From contig CAVXGK010000002.1 in NCBI GenBank assembly GCA_963761305.1, positions 2,752,001 to 2,816,000 on the forward strand: a stretch of 64,000 bases of DNA, written 5' to 3'. The position numbers and the translations under genes are program-made. Below are positions 60,609 to 64,000 of this stretch, in pieces (positions within the stretch are counted from its first letter, which is position 1; each line of letters opens with the position of its first letter). The notes under the pieces were generated by a model. That model ran no database searches and was not told the DNA's origin. It saw only the letters and a program-made list of their open reading frames with translations. This stretch comes from an uncultured Gemmatimonadaceae bacterium. Its GTDB lineage: Bacteria > Gemmatimonadota > Gemmatimonadetes > Gemmatimonadales > Gemmatimonadaceae.

Positions 60609-60863
60609 CTAACCCACGGGGGGCGTCGGCGCCGCCACGAGCAGCTGATCGACCAACGCGGCAAGTGATCGAATGGTGCTCGCCTTCACCGCATCTTCCT
60701 GCGGAATGCTGATGCCGAAGTGGTCTTCGAGCTCGAAGAGGAACTCGAGCATACCGAGCGAGTCAGCGCCCATCTTGTCGAATGGGGCGTCGGCGTCGAT
60801 GTCCGCGGCGTCGCGACCGAACTGTTTCGATGCCAGTTCGGTGATGGCACTGAGGGTCGTCAT
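60609..60863 (-). CDS. Acyl carrier protein
   Basis: GADSL phosphopantetheine site, LEDHFGISI. Confidence 0.92.
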   Translation of the reverse strand: MTTLSAITELASKQFGRDAADIDADAPFDKMGADSLGMLEFLFELEDHFGISIPQEDAVKASTIRSLAALVDQLLVAAPTPPVG

Positions 60864-60987
60864 GTTCGCTCAAGATATGCTCCGCCGCCGCGGCCGCCTC
60901 GGCTTGGCGAGACTTCTCGACGCTAAGATCCCTCAACGCTCCTGACGCGCACATGACGAAGCGCGCGGGATGAGACTCGAGACCGTA

Positions 60988-61055
60988 CGGGAGGCCGGCG
61001 ACGCCGGGATTGGAACCGCAATGGTTCCCCGACGAGTGGCGTGCCGGACCTCCCG
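60988..61055. other. Imperfect GC-rich hairpin upstream of the ACP operon
   Basis: cgggagg/cctcccg, ccggc/gccgg, acgcc/ggcgt, ggaacc/ggttcc nested pairings. Confidence 0.5.
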
Positions 61056-61064
61056 CAGGCGTAC

Positions 61065-61784
61065 TTACCGAATCGGTCTCAGATTGAGGATCCCCGCCAA
61101 CACGCTGCCGAGAATCGAATAGGTGCCGTTGGATCCGCTGCCGTACCGGAAATGGGCGGAGTAGCCGTCTCCGTATCCGCGGCGAAAGCCTTCCCGGAAG
61201 TAGTAGCTGTAATCGGCGAGATCCACGTAGCTGCCGGTGTAGCCGAAGCTCGCTTCCTGGTATGCGGGGGAGTTCGCGTAATCCGATCGCCAGTGATCCG
61301 CCCGATCGGCGGCGCCGGCGCTATAGCCGCGCCGATATCCCGTGTTCACCGCTTCGCGGAGCAGGTCCGCGCCGTACTGATTCGTCTCGTGAGACGTTCC
61401 ACCGAACTGGTAGCGAAACGTCGGCGCCGCGACGACGTACGGTTCGGTCTCGTACCGTCGTTCGGCCTCGAGCTGTTCGCGCTGCTTGGCGAGTTGTGCG
61501 GCGTACTCTTGCTGCGCGTGATACTGCGCCATGCGATGGGCCTGCTGGAGCTGGGTGGCCCTTTGCTGGGCAACCTGCACCTGTTGGTCGAGATGCTTGC
61601 GATATTCGTCTGTCCGGCGCTGCTCGTCGGCGACTCGCTTGCGCTGGTCCTCGGGGGACGACTGATGCTTGTCGTCGTGACCGCGTCCGCGGCCCTGGTC
61701 TCCCTGCGCTCGCGCGACCCCGGCAACCGCGGCCGAGGCCACGAGAACCGTGCTGGCGATCTGAACGATGTGAGAACGTCGCAT
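61065..61784 (-). CDS. Secreted hypothetical protein (charged helical region, Tyr/Gly-rich C-terminus)
   Basis: GGAG RBS, signal peptide, GYRRGY/GFRRGY repeats. Confidence 0.75.
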   Translation of the reverse strand: MRRSHIVQIASTVLVASAAVAGVARAQGDQGRGRGHDDKHQSSPEDQRKRVADEQRRTDEYRKHLDQQVQVAQQRATQLQQAHRMAQYHAQQEYAAQLAKQREQLEAERRYETEPYVVAAPTFRYQFGGTSHETNQYGADLLREAVNTGYRRGYSAGAADRADHWRSDYANSPAYQEASFGYTGSYVDLADYSYYFREGFRRGYGDGYSAHFRYGSGSNGTYSILGSVLAGILNLRPIR

Positions 61785-61935
61785 GTTGCTTTCTCCCGGC
61801 CGCGGCCGTTTGGGTGGGGCGGCCGCGGGATCGGGGTGAGGTAACGGTCCGCCAATTGGCCTTAGGGGCAACCACCGTGCCGTTTCGTCCCGGAAGAACG
61901 TCAACCCTGCCGATGGAGAGAGGTGTCGAACGCCC

Positions 61936-63156
61936 ATGCTGACTCTGCTTGCCTTCACGACGCTGAGTTTCGCGCCACCGCCGGCCGTCGCTCGTGCCTC
62001 TCCATCGTGCGCCGCCGCGCCCGTCCAGACGACGACGCTGCCAGCGACGATCCCGATCGAGCTATGGGGCAATCACGTTTTCGTGAAGGCGTGCGTCGAC
62101 GGCCACGAGCTGGATTTCATCCTCGACACCGGTGCGGGCGCCACGTCGCTCGACCTCGAGACGGCCAAGCGACTCGGCGTTCAACTCGGCCAGACGTTCA
62201 GCGTCGGCGGCGCCGGGCCATCGCGAGTGGCCGGAGCGCGCGTGGAAGGCGCGTCAGCGACGATCGCCGGCACGTCGCTCGTGCAGCCGGTGCAGGCCGC
62301 CGTCGATCTCGCGCGACTGCCTCCAATCGAAGGTCACCGCATGGACGGCATCCTCGGCGACGACTTCATCGCGCGCTACGTGGTGGCGATCGACTACGCG
62401 CGGCAGGAATTGCGGGTCTACGACCGCGACTCGTTCCGCTACGACGGCCCCGGCGCGTCGGTGCCGCTGACGCTCGTCAACGCGTTTCCTCACGTCGACG
62501 CCGACGTCAAACTCGCCGACGGCCAGACGGTGCGCGGACGCATGGTCATCGACGTCGGTTCGAACGCGTCGCTGTCGTTGACGAAGGCCTTCGTCGACGA
62601 TCACCACCTGCACGAGCGCGTGGGTCCGACGATTCGCCGAACCGGCGGCGGCGGAGTCGGCGGCTCGACGACGTCGGACATCGGCCGCGTGGCCGCGCTG
62701 ACGATCGGCGGCGTCGAGCTGTCGCGACCGATCGTCGGCCTCTTCGGCGATTCGGCCGGCGTGATGTCGCGATCGAGCTCGTGGGAGGGAAACATCGGCG
62801 GCGCGATCCTTCGACGGTTCACGCTGTACCTCGACTATCACGCCAAGCGCATGATCTTCGAACCGAACGCGACGACGCACGATCCGTTCGAGGTCGACAT
62901 GAGCGGAGCCGTGTTTCGATTGGACGATTCGTTGACGACGATCGTCGCCGACGTCGTGGCGCCCGACTCACCAGCGTCGGAGGCGGGGTTGTTGCGCGGC
63001 GACGTAGTCGTGTCGGTCGACGGAGTCCCGGGATCTCAGCGGCTGCTTGGCGAGCTGCGTGAACGGCTGCGGCGGCCGGGAGAACGCGTGGCGTTCGTGG
63101 TGCGGCGGGGCGGAGGGGAAAAACGGATCGAGGTGTTGACGAGGCGATTGATCTGA
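61936..63156 (+). CDS. Secreted aspartyl protease (two retropepsin-like domains) with C-terminal PDZ
   Basis: FILDTGA..GILG, VIDVGS..GNIG, SPASEAGLLRGDVVVSVDG; GGAGAGAGG upstream. Confidence 0.88.
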   Translation: MLTLLAFTTLSFAPPPAVARASPSCAAAPVQTTTLPATIPIELWGNHVFVKACVDGHELDFILDTGAGATSLDLETAKRLGVQLGQTFSVGGAGPSRVAGARVEGASATIAGTSLVQPVQAAVDLARLPPIEGHRMDGILGDDFIARYVVAIDYARQELRVYDRDSFRYDGPGASVPLTLVNAFPHVDADVKLADGQTVRGRMVIDVGSNASLSLTKAFVDDHHLHERVGPTIRRTGGGGVGGSTTSDIGRVAALTIGGVELSRPIVGLFGDSAGVMSRSSSWEGNIGGAILRRFTLYLDYHAKRMIFEPNATTHDPFEVDMSGAVFRLDDSLTTIVADVVAPDSPASEAGLLRGDVVVSVDGVPGSQRLLGELRERLRRPGERVAFVVRRGGGEKRIEVLTRRLI

Positions 63157-63237
63157 GCCCGGCGATGACGGCGTCGAGTGCTCGGCCGCTCTTAGTTCGA
63201 TCGCCCGTTCGATGTAGCGGCTGCGCGCTCGACGACG

Positions 63238-63371
63238 GACGTCAGACAACAGACGTCAGACAACAGACGTCAGACCCTGCGTTGAGCGGCGACTCGGGGT
63301 GACGCTTGATTCTTCCGCGTCACGCCCTATCTGATTTCTGATGTCCGACCTCTGACGTCAGAGTTCGAGCC
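63238..63371. repeat. Inverted pair of 7-nt-period repeat tracts
   Basis: (gacgtcagacaaca) x2.7 at 63238-63275; tctgatt tctgatg tccgacc tctgacg from 63330. Confidence 0.75.
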
Positions 63372-63430
63372 CAGAGCCGTACCACCCAGGCCTAGACAGA
63401 CCTCAGAGTGGCCCGATCCGTCTGTCGCTT

Positions 63431-64000
63431 TCACTTGGCCAGCCGCGATCCTAGCCCAACCCGGCTCACGAGCGCGGCGAACCGCGGATCTCCTCGCAGC
63501 GGATCGAAGAAACTCTCCGCCAGCGACTCGCTCGAGTAAAACGAATCTCGGTCTGTCGCTGCCCGCTCCAGCAGCGTCAACGCTCGCGCACGATCGCCGA
63601 GCCCGATATACACTCGCGCCGCCGCGGCAGCTGCACCGGCGGAGCGGCCGACCTGATTCTCGAGCGTCTTCGCGATGTCGGTCGCTTGGCGAGTCTTGCC
63701 GGATTTCGCGTACGCGTACCCCAGCAACCCGAGCGCCGGCGTCGACGACGTGTCGATCTGTGCGGCAGTTTCCAACTGCGGCACGGCGTCGCTCACGCGG
63801 TTCGCCTGAAGGTACACCGCGCCGAGCATGAATCGGGTGACGACGAGCGTCGAATCGAGCTCGACCCCGCGTCGCGCCGCGGCGATCGCGGAGTCGGGCT
63901 GGCGGGCGACGGCCAACGCCAGCGCGTAAGATCCGAGCGTCACCGGCGCCAGCGGATCGAGCTGCACGGCGCGCGCGAGTTGCGCCCGAGCTTCTGGCGT
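63431..64000 (-). CDS. C-terminal part of a TPR-containing signalling protein (runs off the window)
   Basis: LDPL, ELD TPR helices, LGYAYA..G, FDPLRGDPRF typical C-terminus. Confidence 0.8.
   Translation of the reverse strand, partial: TPEARAQLARAVQLDPLAPVTLGSYALALAVARQPDSAIAAARRGVELDSTLVVTRFMLGAVYLQANRVSDAVPQLETAAQIDTSSTPALGLLGYAYAKSGKTRQATDIAKTLENQVGRSAGAAAAAARVYIGLGDRARALTLLERAATDRDSFYSSESLAESFFDPLRGDPRFAALVSRVGLGSRLAK

Overview
High-GC bacterial chromosomal window. Secreted proteins with Gly-Arg-rich linkers and the family content suggest Gemmatimonadota; this is inference, as no marker gene is present. It holds about 70 CDS and no rRNA, tRNA, CRISPR array, transposase or integrase. Main blocks: (1) a five-gene membrane-lipid operon (GT4 glycosyltransferase, two acyltransferases, metallophosphoesterase, DedA); (2) a roughly 590-bp degenerate 21-nt-period array at 5.8-6.4 kb that no ordinary gene explains; (3) a DUF305/LVIVD pair; (4) a 'DSWKEIA' HTH/TolB-propeller protein with 10-bp direct repeats upstream; (5) a frameshifted VPS10/BNR glycosyl hydrolase; (6) iorAB-like molybdoenzyme genes; (7) a patchwork of small accessory genes; (8) a divergent CzcCBA-like RND efflux system with a KdpD/KdpE-like pair and four 11-bp-spaced TTA(G/A)C boxes; (9) an ACP / NodE-FabF-like ketosynthase / alpha-oxoamine synthase operon next to an SDR and an MFS transporter. 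Four single-base-insertion frameshifts probably reflect sequencing error. All product calls come from motif recognition by eye; no database search was run.
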